Shown: positions 1 through 10,647 of the stretch, piece by piece
How the letters are laid out: the number at the start of each line of letters is the position of its first letter
Numbering within the stretch: position 1 is the first letter of the stretch
Assembly: GCA_964632315.1 (NCBI GenBank)
Contig: CAZWEM010000012.1
Coordinates: 61,842-99,037, forward strand
Source of the DNA: an uncultured archaeon
GTDB lineage: Archaea > Asgardarchaeota > Lokiarchaeia > Sigyniarchaeales > SOKP01
Direction: 5' to 3'
DNA: 37,196 bases
Made by a program: the position numbers and the translations under genes
The notes under the pieces: model-generated
What the model saw: the letters and a program-made list of their open reading frames with translations, nothing else
Database searches by the model: none
What the model was told of the DNA's origin: nothing

Positions 1-503
1 CTATATTTTTCAATTGCTTGGTACTTTCCCTCTGGATCTTGATCAGTGATTGTTTGATTACCACGTACACTTTTCAAAGCCTGCATTAAGCGATCTTTCG
101 TTATCCCATATTTTTTAAATAGTTGAGAAGTAAAATTGATTGAAGACTGTGTCATTGCTAAAAGCAAATGTTCAGAACTTAAAAATTGATCCTTCATCGT
201 TTCTGCTTCTTTCCAAGCAAGATCGAATAATTTTGCGGAATTATTACTAAGTACCACGTCAGTTGCCCCAGAGCCTGTTACTTTAGGTAATTTATCTAAC
301 TCATTTTCAAATTCATTTCGTATTTGATTTAAATTAACTCCTAATTTTTGAAATAATGGACTTGCAATTCCTTCTTGCTGATCAATAAGGGCTAAAACAA
401 TATGAAGAGGTTCAATTTGCTGATGGTCATTAGTTTGAGCTAATGATCGAGCAGCCACCAAAGCTTCTTGTACTTTAATCGTGAATTTGTCAAATTTCAT
501 CAT
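1..503 (-). CDS. clpB: ATP-dependent chaperone ClpB, N-terminal part (runs off window start)
   Basis: Not in the ORF track. Manual translation gives M(M)KFDKFTIKVQEAL...HQQIEPLHIVLALIDQQEG...EAETMKDQFLSSEHLLLAM...LKSVRGNQTITDQDPEGKYQAIEKY, the Clp repeat N-domain and linker typical of ClpB. It lies directly downstream of dnaJ. Confidence 0.92.
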   Translation of the reverse strand, partial: MMKFDKFTIKVQEALVAARSLAQTNDHQQIEPLHIVLALIDQQEGIASPLFQKLGVNLNQIRNEFENELDKLPKVTGSGATDVVLSNNSAKLFDLAWKEAETMKDQFLSSEHLLLAMTQSSINFTSQLFKKYGITKDRLMQALKSVRGNQTITDQDPEGKYQAIEKY

Positions 504-519
504 AGAATATCACTCTCTC

Positions 520-1551
520 TTATAATCCTGTTTCTTGTAATTTTTCCAACAATTCCTTTTGCTTTTTACTCAATCTTTGAGGTACTTTAATATTTACCTT
601 AACTAACTGGTTGCCTCGATCATCAGAATTTAGTTTGTAGAATCCTTTATTCCTTAATCTTAAAATTGTATTATCTTTAGTAAGAGGAGGCACAGTTACA
701 CTTATCTTTTTTTCTATTCCCGGTACTTCAATCTTACCTCCTAATAAAGCAGTCGTGAAAGGAATTTCTTGCTCAACATATACATCGTCATCATCCAATT
801 TAAAGCCCTTCCGAGGTCGGATATTTATATTTATATATAAGTCTCCAGGAGAGCCTCCATTGTTTCCAGGCATTCCCTTACCTTTTAATCTTAATTTCTG
901 TTGATCTTTTACGCCTCTAGGTATTTTAACTTTTAAAGTTTCTTGCTTTCCAGTTGCAGGATTTCTATAGGTAATTCTTCTCTCTCCACCATAAAAAGCG
1001 TCCATAAAATCAACTTCCATATCATAACGTAAATCATCACCCTCAATGGGTTGATTTCCAAAGTGATCTGATCTTACTCGAGAGGTCCTTCCTTGCTGGT
1101 TGAAAACGTCAAATATATCTCCTAAATCATTAAAGAAGTCAAATCCTCCAGAGTTCCTAGAATTACGTGAATTTCGTGCGGAACCTCGGTTACCAAAAAT
1201 TTCACTAAAGTCAAAACCTCCGCCCGGAGATCCAGTATAGTAATATGTTGTAGTACCATCAGGTGATCGATGTACTCTTCCACCTCCTGGGAATCCACCA
1301 CTTTGATTCCATTGCTGATAAGTAGAAGGATCACCCTCAACTACTCCAAATTTATCATACATTTCTCTTTTTTTATCATCACTTAAAACGCTATACGCTT
1401 CATTAATTTCTTTAAATTTGTCTCCTGATTTAGCCTCATCAGGGTTAACATCGGGATGATACCTACGGGCCATTTTACGAAATGCCCTCTTAATTTCATC
1501 TTTAGAAGCATTTTTCGAAATTCCTAATATTTTATAATAATCTTTTGGCAT
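520..1551 (-). CDS. dnaJ: DnaJ-class co-chaperone without zinc finger (type II, CbpA-like)
   Basis: J-domain with HPD motif, G/F-rich region and DnaJ C-terminal domain (GDLYI). No CxxCxGxG repeats. Confidence 0.93.
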   Translation of the reverse strand: MPKDYYKILGISKNASKDEIKRAFRKMARRYHPDVNPDEAKSGDKFKEINEAYSVLSDDKKREMYDKFGVVEGDPSTYQQWNQSGGFPGGGRVHRSPDGTTTYYYTGSPGGGFDFSEIFGNRGSARNSRNSRNSGGFDFFNDLGDIFDVFNQQGRTSRVRSDHFGNQPIEGDDLRYDMEVDFMDAFYGGERRITYRNPATGKQETLKVKIPRGVKDQQKLRLKGKGMPGNNGGSPGDLYININIRPRKGFKLDDDDVYVEQEIPFTTALLGGKIEVPGIEKKISVTVPPLTKDNTILRLRNKGFYKLNSDDRGNQLVKVNIKVPQRLSKKQKELLEKLQETGL

Positions 1552-1618
1552 ATTTCATCCTCTATATAATAAATTAACTATAATCGTGAAAATTAAAAAT
1601 AAAAAATTTAAAAAAAAA

Positions 1619-3511
1619 TTATTCATATTCTGCATCTACTACTCCATCATCTTGACCAGTAGCTTTTCTAAATTGCTCTTCCTCGATCTCATCTTGTGTT
1701 TTTTGTTGTCCTTGAGAGCCTCCCATACCTCCTGGAGGGGCTCCTTGATAAGGTCCTTGAGCACCAGCTTGTTGGCCGTACATTTTAGCAGAGACGTCAT
1801 GTAATGCTTTTTGAAGTTCTTCGATTCCTTTTTTCATTCCAGGAATATCATCTGATTCCATCGCAGATCGTAGGCTTGAAATTTTACTTAAAATTTCAGT
1901 CTTTAGATCCCCAACTACAGCTTCGTTTTCATTCAATAATTTCTCTGTCTGATAAATAAGTGCCTCTGAATTATTTTTTGTTTCCGTTAATTCCTTGAAT
2001 TTCTTGTCTTCTTCTGCATGACGTTCAGCTTCTCTAACTTTTTGCTCAATTTCATCATCACTCATCTTTGTTGAGGCAGTAATCGTAATCGATTGACTCT
2101 TTCCAGTTCCTTTATCCTTGGCTGAAACGTTTAATATCCCATTTTGATCGATATCAAAAGTAACTTCTATTTGAGGAACACCGCGTGGAGCTGGAGGAAT
2201 TCCTGTTAAATGAAATTTACCTAAGGTAATGTTATCAGCGGCTCGTGGTCTTTCACCTTGTAATACATGAATTTCAACGGCAGGTTGGTTATCAGCAGCA
2301 GTAGAAAATACCTCGGTCTTTTTTGTAGGAATTGTGGTATTTCTATCAATTAACTTCGTAAATACTCCTCCTAATGTCTCAACACCTAATGAAAGCGGAG
2401 TTACATCTAAGAGTAGCAGATCCTCGACTTCTCCAGTTAAAACACCTCCTTGAATGGCGGCTCCTAAAGCAACACACTCCATAGGATCAATGCTTCTTTC
2501 TGGTTGTTTACCTAAGAATTCTTCGAATTTTTGTTGTACACTTGGCATTCTAGTGGGACCTCCAACTAATATTACTTTATCAACATCTCCTCGTGAAAGT
2601 CCTGCATCTCTTAAAGCTTTAGAAATCGGCGCTTCTAATCGTTTCAAAACTGGATCGATTAATTGTTCTAATTTTGCTCTAGTTAATGTCATATTCAAGT
2701 GCTTAGGCCCCTCGTTCGTAGCAGTAATGTAAGGAAGGTTTAAATCGGTTGTTATAGAAGTGGATAATTCAATTTTAGCCTGTTCCACTGCTTCTCTTAC
2801 TCGTTGCATTGCCATTGAATCCTTAGTTAAATCTACACCTTCTTGATTCTTAAATTCTTGAATTACATAGTCAGTCAGAATCTTATCCATATCTGTTCCG
2901 CCTAATTGAGTATCTCCAGCAGTTGATATCACCTCAAAAACTTGATTGTCCATCTCCATAATTGTCACATCGAATGTTCCTCCTCCAAGATCTAACACTG
3001 CAATTCTCAAATGAGCATCCTTCTTATCTAATCCGTAAGCCACAGCAGCGGCAGTAGGTTCGTTAATTAAACGACGCACGTTTAATCCCGCGATTCTTCC
3101 CGCGTCTTTCGTGGCTTGTCTTTGATTATCATTAAAGTATGCCGGTACAGTTATAATCGCATCTGTGACTTCTTCTCCTAGATATGCACTTGCGTCATCT
3201 TTGATCTTTCTCAAGATCATTGCTGAAATCTCTTGTGGTGTGTAATCCTTTCCATCTATGGTTACTTTATAGGATGTACCCATTTTTCGTTTGATTGCTG
3301 TAATAGTACGATCTGGATTGGAGATAGCTTGCCTTCTAGCAGGTTCTCCAACTAATCGTTGGCCATCCTTTGTAAAAGCGACAACAGAAGGAAATGCCTT
3401 TCCACCTAATGTATTTCCTTCAGCACTAGGAATAATTGTTGGTTTACCACCTGATAATACAGCAGCTGCAGAATTTGACGTTCCTAAGTCAATTCCAATT
3501 ATTTTTCCCAT
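1619..3511 (-). CDS. dnaK: Chaperone DnaK (Hsp70)
   Basis: [27 protein letters not shown] and [12 protein letters not shown] motifs. Lacks the ~23-aa N-domain insert, as in archaeal and Gram-positive DnaK. GGTGA RBS upstream. Confidence 0.99.
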   Translation of the reverse strand: MGKIIGIDLGTSNSAAAVLSGGKPTIIPSAEGNTLGGKAFPSVVAFTKDGQRLVGEPARRQAISNPDRTITAIKRKMGTSYKVTIDGKDYTPQEISAMILRKIKDDASAYLGEEVTDAIITVPAYFNDNQRQATKDAGRIAGLNVRRLINEPTAAAVAYGLDKKDAHLRIAVLDLGGGTFDVTIMEMDNQVFEVISTAGDTQLGGTDMDKILTDYVIQEFKNQEGVDLTKDSMAMQRVREAVEQAKIELSTSITTDLNLPYITATNEGPKHLNMTLTRAKLEQLIDPVLKRLEAPISKALRDAGLSRGDVDKVILVGGPTRMPSVQQKFEEFLGKQPERSIDPMECVALGAAIQGGVLTGEVEDLLLLDVTPLSLGVETLGGVFTKLIDRNTTIPTKKTEVFSTAADNQPAVEIHVLQGERPRAADNITLGKFHLTGIPPAPRGVPQIEVTFDIDQNGILNVSAKDKGTGKSQSITITASTKMSDDEIEQKVREAERHAEEDKKFKELTETKNNSEALIYQTEKLLNENEAVVGDLKTEILSKISSLRSAMESDDIPGMKKGIEELQKALHDVSAKMYGQQAGAQGPYQGAPPGGMGGSQGQQKTQDEIEEEQFRKATGQDDGVVDAEYE

Positions 3512-3546
3512 TTATTTCACCTATTTAATATTTTAATTTTATATTT

Positions 3547-4227
3547 CTAATCATTTTTTGATTTAAATTTTGATATTTTTACCCCTGCGGGTTTTAAAAT
3601 TTCGTTATTAAGAAAATAACCTTTATCTATTTCTTCAATAATGGTATTTTCTGGAATGTCATCTCGTTCTTCTACCAAAAGAGCTTCATGCTTGTACGGA
3701 TCGAATTTTTCACCTTCGCTATTCATTGGTCTTATCCCCTCTTCCTGGAGCATTTTTTTAAAATTCTGTACTATAATCTTAAATCCTTTTTGGATCGACT
3801 CATCATTATGAAGAGTTTCCAATACTTTTAATGCCCGTTCTAAATCCTCAGCATGCTTAATTAACTTTCTGGCAATCTTTGCTTTAAATTGCTTTTGATT
3901 AGCCTCATTATTCCTATCTACTGATTTTTTATAATTTTCAAAATCAGCTCTCGTTCTTAATAAGGAATTCATAAATTTTTCATTTTCTTCTTCCAATTTT
4001 TTTAACTTTCTACCATCATCTTTAAGTATTTCAAGCTCTTTTTCTAGTTCTGACTTAGTTTTTTCCATCATCTCAAACTTCTTTAAAAGCATTTCATAAT
4101 TAGCAGCCATTTTCTGTAATTTTTCATATTCCTTTTTTGAAATTGTTACTTTAGCATAAGGATCTTCTAAAGATCTTCGAGCTTTAAAGAAATCATCATA
4201 AAAATCTTCAAATACCATTTTTTTCAA
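3547..4227 (-). CDS. grpE: Nucleotide exchange factor GrpE with long N-terminal coiled coil (start may be ATG at 4218)
   Basis: LRTRADFENYKK, GEKFDPYKHEAL and KGYFLNNEILKPAGVKI motifs. First gene of the dnaK operon. Confidence 0.93.
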   Translation of the reverse strand: MKKMVFEDFYDDFFKARRSLEDPYAKVTISKKEYEKLQKMAANYEMLLKKFEMMEKTKSELEKELEILKDDGRKLKKLEEENEKFMNSLLRTRADFENYKKSVDRNNEANQKQFKAKIARKLIKHAEDLERALKVLETLHNDESIQKGFKIIVQNFKKMLQEEGIRPMNSEGEKFDPYKHEALLVEERDDIPENTIIEEIDKGYFLNNEILKPAGVKISKFKSKND

Positions 4228-4259
4228 CTTCTATGTCTTTTTTAATAAGCATTATTTAT

Positions 4260-4280
4260 TTGTCAACAACTTATTGACAA
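4260..4280. promoter_or_regulatory. Inverted-repeat operator candidate TTGTCAA-N7-TTGACAA of the grpE-dnaK-dnaJ-clpB operon
   Basis: Perfect 7-bp arms, about 20-40 nt downstream (on the - strand) of a TTTAAATA box at 4301-4308. Confidence 0.6.
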
Positions 4281-4610
4281 TTATTATATGTTAAAAATAC
4301 TATTTAAATGTATTGATTTTAAAATATGTGGAACTAAAACGGATAAAACTCATATTTTATGAAGATATGGGGGAAATTTTTTTTCTATAGTCTTCTAAAG
4401 TCTCACATCTTACGGATAGGATTTAATAAAGATTTATGGATACTAGAAAAACTAAATCAAAGGTTCTAGTGGATCGAGATTCTCAATCTCATAGAACATT
4501 TTTAAGAAATTTTCAATTCAATAATTATGAAGATAAGATAAGATAGAAATCTAGTTATAAATAAATTTTAAGCTAAATTTTTTTAAAATTAAATTAACAA
4601 TCTTTGAATA

Positions 4611-6332
4611 ATGAATTTTAGAATTTCAAAGCATTACTTTTTGCTGTTTGCCCTTACATATTCTATAGTAATTATAAGCATTTTATATGGAATAAGGGCA
4701 AATTCATATAATTATTACGAACGAGTCGAATTTGAATCTAGCGGAGCGATTATATATGCAAATTTGTATTATCCAGAAGGAAAACTTAATTTTCAAAATA
4801 AGCATCCCTTTGTAATTTTTGCTCACGGTCTAGGGAGCCAAAAAGATTTAGATCCAAGAATCCCAATAGAGCTTACCAAACGAGGATTCATTGTAGCAAG
4901 TATTGATTATAGGGGAGATGGAGAAAGTACGGGACATTTATTAGATATAAATCATGGAACATATCGAAATCGAACTGATATCCCCGCTATAGCTCAAGAC
5001 TGCTCAAAGTTATTAGATATGGTAGAAACACTTCCAATTTACTCTCAGATTAATACGTCTCAAATAGGTATTGTTGGACATTCTCTAGGAGGAATGGTTG
5101 CATTAATGACTAGTTCTTTAGACGAGCGATTTAAAGCGACTGTTACATGGGCTGGATTGGTGAATTTCTCTGCTTCTTTTTTTGGGCTAAGTGAAGATAA
5201 TCCTTTCATGGATTATATTCCAGCAAAAATAATGAATACCACAAATCCTACAAATTTATTGCTAATTCAATCAATATATGATACGGTGGTTCCTTATAAA
5301 GCAAATGCTTTGGTCGCTCAAAATATTACTCATTGTCAATTAATAAGCATTACACATCACATTTTTGGAGGTCCCCATTTTCTATTTACCGATGAAGTGT
5401 TAATTAGAACTATCAATTGGCTCGAAGAAACCTTTTTTGGCTCAACATCTATAAATGGTCCGATACATCTTTCATATAAACAAACATATGTTTTTCTATT
5501 TTTAGCATTAATAGGGATCTTTTTGATGACGGTTGCAATACTGGTATCAATTTCTCATTTTTTCAAAATAGACAAATCAAGAAATCGAAAAGTTGGAGAA
5601 TTAAATCATCCTATAAGTAAAAAACATATAGTCATACAAATTATCAAGATTGGCCTTTATTTCACTGGTTTTTTGCTCACTTGGTCCATCTTCTTTACAT
5701 ATATGGGCGCGATCGGATTAATTTTTGCTTCAATTTTTATATTAATAATTTATTTCATTTACATTATCTTGAAATATGTTATAACTGCAGAAGAAAATAA
5801 GGTAAAAATAATGGATTATATCGAGTCTAGACTCAAGAATGAGATTAAATCTCAATTTAAGAAGAATGTTCTTCTTTTTTCATTCATTGCTACAGGTCTT
5901 TTTTTAAGCCTCTATTTTTCCATTTCATTTTCATTTCCATTCGCATTCTTCTCTCCAGTAAATGCCCTAAGTTTCATACTAACATTTTCAATATATCCGT
6001 TTTATCTTGCCATGGAGCTTTTTTACAGGAAAATTGTTTATCAAGATATTGATTTCATAAAATCTCCTGTAATTAAGACATTAATTACTGCTTTAATGGG
6101 AGTTTTAAATATTGGAATCTTAATGGCATTATCATATAGTTTATTTTTAATTTCAGCTTTTTACGCGACATTTTTAATACTTTTAGCAGTAATGGTTTTA
6201 AATTCCGTGATATATGAAAAGACAAATAAGTTCAGTTCTGTACTGATAAGTTCATTTATTATAATTCAAATCTTTTTCGGATCTGCAATTTCAACTGTTT
6301 TAGGATTTGGATCGGTGATTCATTTATTATAG
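4611..6332 (+). CDS. Alpha/beta-hydrolase with N-terminal anchor and C-terminal multi-TM domain
   Basis: HGLG, DYRGDGES and GHSLGG nucleophile elbow. Several hydrophobic helices in the C-terminal half. Confidence 0.85.
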   Translation: MNFRISKHYFLLFALTYSIVIISILYGIRANSYNYYERVEFESSGAIIYANLYYPEGKLNFQNKHPFVIFAHGLGSQKDLDPRIPIELTKRGFIVASIDYRGDGESTGHLLDINHGTYRNRTDIPAIAQDCSKLLDMVETLPIYSQINTSQIGIVGHSLGGMVALMTSSLDERFKATVTWAGLVNFSASFFGLSEDNPFMDYIPAKIMNTTNPTNLLLIQSIYDTVVPYKANALVAQNITHCQLISITHHIFGGPHFLFTDEVLIRTINWLEETFFGSTSINGPIHLSYKQTYVFLFLALIGIFLMTVAILVSISHFFKIDKSRNRKVGELNHPISKKHIVIQIIKIGLYFTGFLLTWSIFFTYMGAIGLIFASIFILIIYFIYIILKYVITAEENKVKIMDYIESRLKNEIKSQFKKNVLLFSFIATGLFLSLYFSISFSFPFAFFSPVNALSFILTFSIYPFYLAMELFYRKIVYQDIDFIKSPVIKTLITALMGVLNIGILMALSYSLFLISAFYATFLILLAVMVLNSVIYEKTNKFSSVLISSFIIIQIFFGSAISTVLGFGSVIHLL

Positions 6333-6395
6333 GAAATTCTATTATAAGTAGGTGTATATTTTAAACATAATATCAAGAGAAATAATTGAGATGAA

Positions 6396-7652
6396 ATGGA
6401 AGAAAAAATTAGAGTGAATTCTTTTTTCAAGAAAGATAGGATTTTTGAATATATTAATGACTTTGCTTTCCCTCGATTATCAGGAACAGAAGGAGAAAAG
6501 CGAGCAGTTAAGTTAGTGAAAAAAAAATTTAAGGAGATTGGGTTTGAGGAAAACCAAATAATGTCTCAAGAATTTAATTTTTCAACATTTTATTCTGAAG
6601 TTTTAGTCAAAATATTAGCTTTTTTATGTATAGTAATATTCTCGCTACTCTTATTCATCAAATATTTATATCCTTTTTTTACAATCATAACTATTATAAT
6701 AATATCGATTGTTTTCCTATCGATACTAGGAGCGCTAAAACATCCTGAATATCAAGGGTTTTGGGAAAAACATTTTGGAAAAAAATTGTCATCCACCAAT
6801 ATATTTATTACATTAAATGCTAAAAATAAGACTTTCGAAAATGCTGGAAATATCATTGTTTCAGCACACTTGGATTCTAAATCTCAAACCTTTAAGACCA
6901 TCTGGAGAGTCGTATTTTTGACGTTATGGGAGATTGGAGTGGTAGCATTACCAATTCTTTATACTTTTTTCTTGATTGATTTATATTTCCATGTAATTCG
7001 AACTATTATTTTAGGCATCGAATTGGGAATAATTTTTACTACCTCATTAGTGATTTTTTCAAACTTTATGATCTTATTCAATAACACTAGAAATAAATCT
7101 CTGGGTTCATTAGATAATGCGAGTGGAATGGCAATTGTTTTTGAACTGAGTTCATTTTTTAAAGATAATAATCTGAATAATTATAATCTGTGGTTTTGCC
7201 AATTTTCGGCGGAAGAAATTGGCACAATGGGTTCAAGAATATTCCTTGATTCGTTTGAAGATATATTCTCCAAGAAAAATACCTACCAGATCAACTTTGA
7301 TATGATATCTTGCAAAAACGAAAAACAAGTTGAATATGTGAAATCTTATGGATTTTTGCCTCCTAAAATTAGCTCTGAACTACTGGATAGTTATATTCAT
7401 CAAGCAGCCAAGGAAGAAAGCGTTCCCATTAAGGGATTACGTGGAGTCTCTGGAGCTCATACAGATAGTGTTCCATTCCATTTAAGAAAGTTTGATAGTA
7501 TCGATTTTGCAACTTTTAACGCCACGAAGTATGCACATAGTAGAGAAGACACCCCAGACAAAGTAAATAAAGAAGTTCTCTATTATGCATGCGTGCTTAT
7601 TGCTAGAATGCTTATAAATTTTGATAAAAATACGGATATTAATGATCAATAA
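6396..7652 (+). CDS. Membrane-inserted M28-family metallopeptidase
   Basis: SAHLDS, DNASG, SAEEIG, NFDM and terminal H(S)REDT motifs, with two TM hairpins inserted. Confidence 0.85.
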   Translation: MEEKIRVNSFFKKDRIFEYINDFAFPRLSGTEGEKRAVKLVKKKFKEIGFEENQIMSQEFNFSTFYSEVLVKILAFLCIVIFSLLLFIKYLYPFFTIITIIIISIVFLSILGALKHPEYQGFWEKHFGKKLSSTNIFITLNAKNKTFENAGNIIVSAHLDSKSQTFKTIWRVVFLTLWEIGVVALPILYTFFLIDLYFHVIRTIILGIELGIIFTTSLVIFSNFMILFNNTRNKSLGSLDNASGMAIVFELSSFFKDNNLNNYNLWFCQFSAEEIGTMGSRIFLDSFEDIFSKKNTYQINFDMISCKNEKQVEYVKSYGFLPPKISSELLDSYIHQAAKEESVPIKGLRGVSGAHTDSVPFHLRKFDSIDFATFNATKYAHSREDTPDKVNKEVLYYACVLIARMLINFDKNTDINDQ

Positions 7653-7676
7653 AAAAACGGGTAAACAAAAAAAAAT

Positions 7677-8189
7677 TTATTTGAGATTCCAAGTCATAGT
7701 ACAAACTCCTACTCCACCTTTTTGAACACCCTCGAATCTAAGATTTTTAAATCCAAACTTTCTACGTACCTTAGATAGAATTCCCATAATTACTTGGGGA
7801 AATATGCATGAAGGGTCCCCGTTATCGTGGAACCTATAATAAGTATTAGCAAAACACATTTTACAACTGTCCTGTAAAGCTTCTAATTTAACAACTTGTC
7901 CATTTTCATCTCTGCGGAATTTTACTTTAGCTTTATCTGTAATAGCCCAATCTTCTTCAAGAAATTTTTGAAGCCCATTTAAAAAATCTTCAGTAGTTTC
8001 GATACCCTTATCATTAAATTCTAGCCCAATAGTCCTTCCAATTTTAGTAAGGATCTCTTCTTTTTTATCTGGGGGAAGTGCTTTTTGTAAAGCATGCCAT
8101 ACTTTAAAGAATGTACTATAAGGGATGGTATCATATCTTTTTGGCAGATTTCTTACTTCTTCTTCAGATATAGTATCCATTTTAACCAA
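7677..8189 (-). CDS. Hypothetical protein, V4R-like small ligand/metal-binding fold
   Basis: Helical N-half (GRTIG) followed by C-x-x-C...C...C spacing reminiscent of V4R domains. Confidence 0.5.
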   Translation of the reverse strand: MVKMDTISEEEVRNLPKRYDTIPYSTFFKVWHALQKALPPDKKEEILTKIGRTIGLEFNDKGIETTEDFLNGLQKFLEEDWAITDKAKVKFRRDENGQVVKLEALQDSCKMCFANTYYRFHDNGDPSCIFPQVIMGILSKVRRKFGFKNLRFEGVQKGGVGVCTMTWNLK

Positions 8190-8358
8190 CTATATTCTTT
8201 TAGTTATTAAAGTATAATTAGAGCCAAAAAGGTTGTATTTATAACTCATAAAGAAAAGCTAAATTTCAATTAACAGAATAAGTTGCTCAGAAAATATCAC
8301 TACTAATAACATAAAGGATATTAAAAATGGAAAATGGATAAAAATAAGAGTACTTTCT

Positions 8359-9267
8359 ATGAAAGACTCTAGTTTGATGTTAATCATGTTAGAAAATTCA
8401 AAAGTGATTGTAGATCTTGATTCTTGCACTAAGTGCAAAGCCTGTGCAAATGAATGTCGTTATTATGTCTTTGATTCTGGAGAAATGCATTTTCATGAAG
8501 ATATGGATGAATTTTGCATTGAATGTGGCAAATGTGTAGCAGTTTGTCCTGTCAATGCTATAAAACTTAAAGTTTATCAAGATGAGAGCTTAGAAGCTTA
8601 TCCAAATGAAAACGATATCCCATCATTCGATAAGTTAGCTAAGCTTTTCAAGATTAGAAGATCACGAAGACAATTTAGAAAAGAAAGGATTCCTAAAGAA
8701 TTAATTGAAAAGGTACTTAATGTAGCGGGTAGATATTCTCCAACAGGACATAATGAAGAAAATGTTTATTTCACAGTTGTTCAGGAGAGAGATATTTTAA
8801 ATAAAGTTTCGGATGAATGCACAGTTCAAGTCAATAATCTCGTACAAAAATTTGATGATCCCAAAGGAAGGGTTTCTCTAGCTTCTGTATTCTCGCCCGA
8901 AATGATGTCGAAGATTGAAGCGGTAGTTCCTTCATTCAAAAGGAATTTAAAGCAAATTAGTAAAGGTAAAGAAGTATGGCATTGGGATGCAGAAATAATC
9001 ATAATTCATTCCCCTAAAGATTCTCTCGCTTTAGTAGAGAATTGTACTTTAGCTGCTGCTCAAATAATGTTAGCTGCAGAAACTTTAGGTCTAGGAACTT
9101 GTTCCCTTGGCTATATAACTACCTTTTTCAATCAATTTCGTTCGATAGGAAAGATTGTAAAAATACCAACTAAGCATCGTGTAGGTTATACTTTAGCCAT
9201 AGGATATCCAAAAGCCAAGTATTATCGTGTTCCGGCAAGAAAACCACTTAAAGTAAAATGGCTCTAA
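8359..9267 (+). CDS. Nitroreductase with N-terminal 4Fe-4S ferredoxin domain
   Basis: CTKCKACANEC and CIECGKCVAVCP clusters; RRSRR, SPTGHN, LAAETLGLGTC and IGYP motifs. Confidence 0.92.
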   Translation: MKDSSLMLIMLENSKVIVDLDSCTKCKACANECRYYVFDSGEMHFHEDMDEFCIECGKCVAVCPVNAIKLKVYQDESLEAYPNENDIPSFDKLAKLFKIRRSRRQFRKERIPKELIEKVLNVAGRYSPTGHNEENVYFTVVQERDILNKVSDECTVQVNNLVQKFDDPKGRVSLASVFSPEMMSKIEAVVPSFKRNLKQISKGKEVWHWDAEIIIIHSPKDSLALVENCTLAAAQIMLAAETLGLGTCSLGYITTFFNQFRSIGKIVKIPTKHRVGYTLAIGYPKAKYYRVPARKPLKVKWL

Positions 9268-9330
9268 TAAACTAGTTTAATAATAGGATTTCTAATGTCT
9301 AATGAAAAACTAAAAATGTAAAAAAAGAGA

Positions 9331-10212
9331 TTATTTTGCTTTAGAAGCATTTTCTGCTATTGCATTTACGACTTGAGTCCAGACTTCAGGAGGTAAACTA
9401 TGCCCCATTTTATCAATCAAAAGTAATTTTGATCCGGGGATATTTTTTGATGTATCAATTCCACCCTCCATTGGAACAAGAGGGTCCTCTTTTCCGTGAA
9501 TGACAAGAGTCGGAACTTTAATATTCTTCAGTTTTTCTCTACGATCTCCATTCGCTAAAATAGCGACCAATTGTCTGGTTTGTCCTTCTGGATAAAAGCT
9601 CCTATCATATGCTTCTTCTGCCATTTTTGCTCTTAAACCTTCATCATAAGGATAGGATCCCCAAAGAATTCTCCATCGTTTCACTGATTCTTTTATATAT
9701 CTTTCTTTTTTTGTAGGCATCGGAACAACTAGAACTTGCATTGCTTCTGGTTTAGCTTCTGGTAAAGCGGGATTTCCAGTAGAACCCATAATCGAAACCA
9801 AACTCAAAACTCTTGTTGGATGACGATATGCTACAATTTGTGCTATCATTGAACCCATTGATGCCCCGCAAACATGTGCTTGTTCTATATTCAAAACATC
9901 TAGGAGACCAATAGCATCATCTGCCATATCTTCTAAAGTGTAAGGGGGATCGATTTTTTCACCATTTCTTGCTTTAGTTACTACTTGCATTACATCTGGA
10001 ACTCCAGCATCCTCAAATTTCGTAGAAAGCCCAACATCCCTATTATCAAAACGAATAACGTAAAATCCCTTTTGGACAAAACGTTCGCAAAACTCAGGAA
10101 TCCAAGAGATCATTTGAGAACCGAGCCCCATTATCAAGAGAAGTGGTTTTCCAGAAGGATCACCAAAAGTGTCATACTCAATCTCGATATTGTTTGCTTT
10201 TACTTTAGACAT
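9331..10212 (-). CDS. Alpha/beta-hydrolase (esterase/lipase-like)
   Basis: DNRDVGLS, GASMG, HGKEDPLV and MGH catalytic motifs. Confidence 0.9.
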   Translation of the reverse strand: MSKVKANNIEIEYDTFGDPSGKPLLLIMGLGSQMISWIPEFCERFVQKGFYVIRFDNRDVGLSTKFEDAGVPDVMQVVTKARNGEKIDPPYTLEDMADDAIGLLDVLNIEQAHVCGASMGSMIAQIVAYRHPTRVLSLVSIMGSTGNPALPEAKPEAMQVLVVPMPTKKERYIKESVKRWRILWGSYPYDEGLRAKMAEEAYDRSFYPEGQTRQLVAILANGDRREKLKNIKVPTLVIHGKEDPLVPMEGGIDTSKNIPGSKLLLIDKMGHSLPPEVWTQVVNAIAENASKAK

Positions 10213-10311
10213 TTCAAATCACAATTAGTTTATGATTATATAACTAAATTCATCCAAATTTATTAATTAAACTTCGAATTAGAAAATAATTTAAATTTTT
10301 CAAAAATAAAA

Positions 10312-10548
10312 TTATGAATTTGAAGTGATCCAAGCCTTTATGGCTTCTTCAAATTCTAATTTCAATAATGCTTGATAAGTAGGATGTCGATCTTTAAATG
10401 GCATCTTTTCCTTTCCAGTGTAGATATCTTTAGATTTTTTCTTTTTAAATAAGGATGAAAATGGAATGATAAATTTTTGTTGTTCATCACTAATTTGGTC
10501 GATAATTAAATCTTCATACTTTTTATTTTCAACATTATAAACGATCAT
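10312..10548 (-). CDS. Small hypothetical protein
   Basis: 78-aa ATG ORF filling the gap between two co-oriented genes. No recognisable motif. Confidence 0.6.
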   Translation of the reverse strand: MIVYNVENKKYEDLIIDQISDEQQKFIIPFSSLFKKKKSKDIYTGKEKMPFKDRHPTYQALLKLEFEEAIKAWITSNS

Positions 10549-10647
10549 AAAATAGACACTTTAATTTTATTTAAGAAGTAGATTCAATAAAAAATGCAGA
10601 ATATAAAAATTCGAAAAGACTGGGGATTTATGAATTAACTAAATTAT

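Noticed and set aside
1152-1190. RNS-RNS-RNS 9-nt imperfect tandem repeat in dnaJ
   Set aside because: It is a short low-complexity expansion in the disordered G/F linker, with no evidence of function.
4476-4490. GAGATT-N3-AATCTC inverted repeat
   Set aside because: Short, and with no clear positional relation to a promoter, so plausible by chance.
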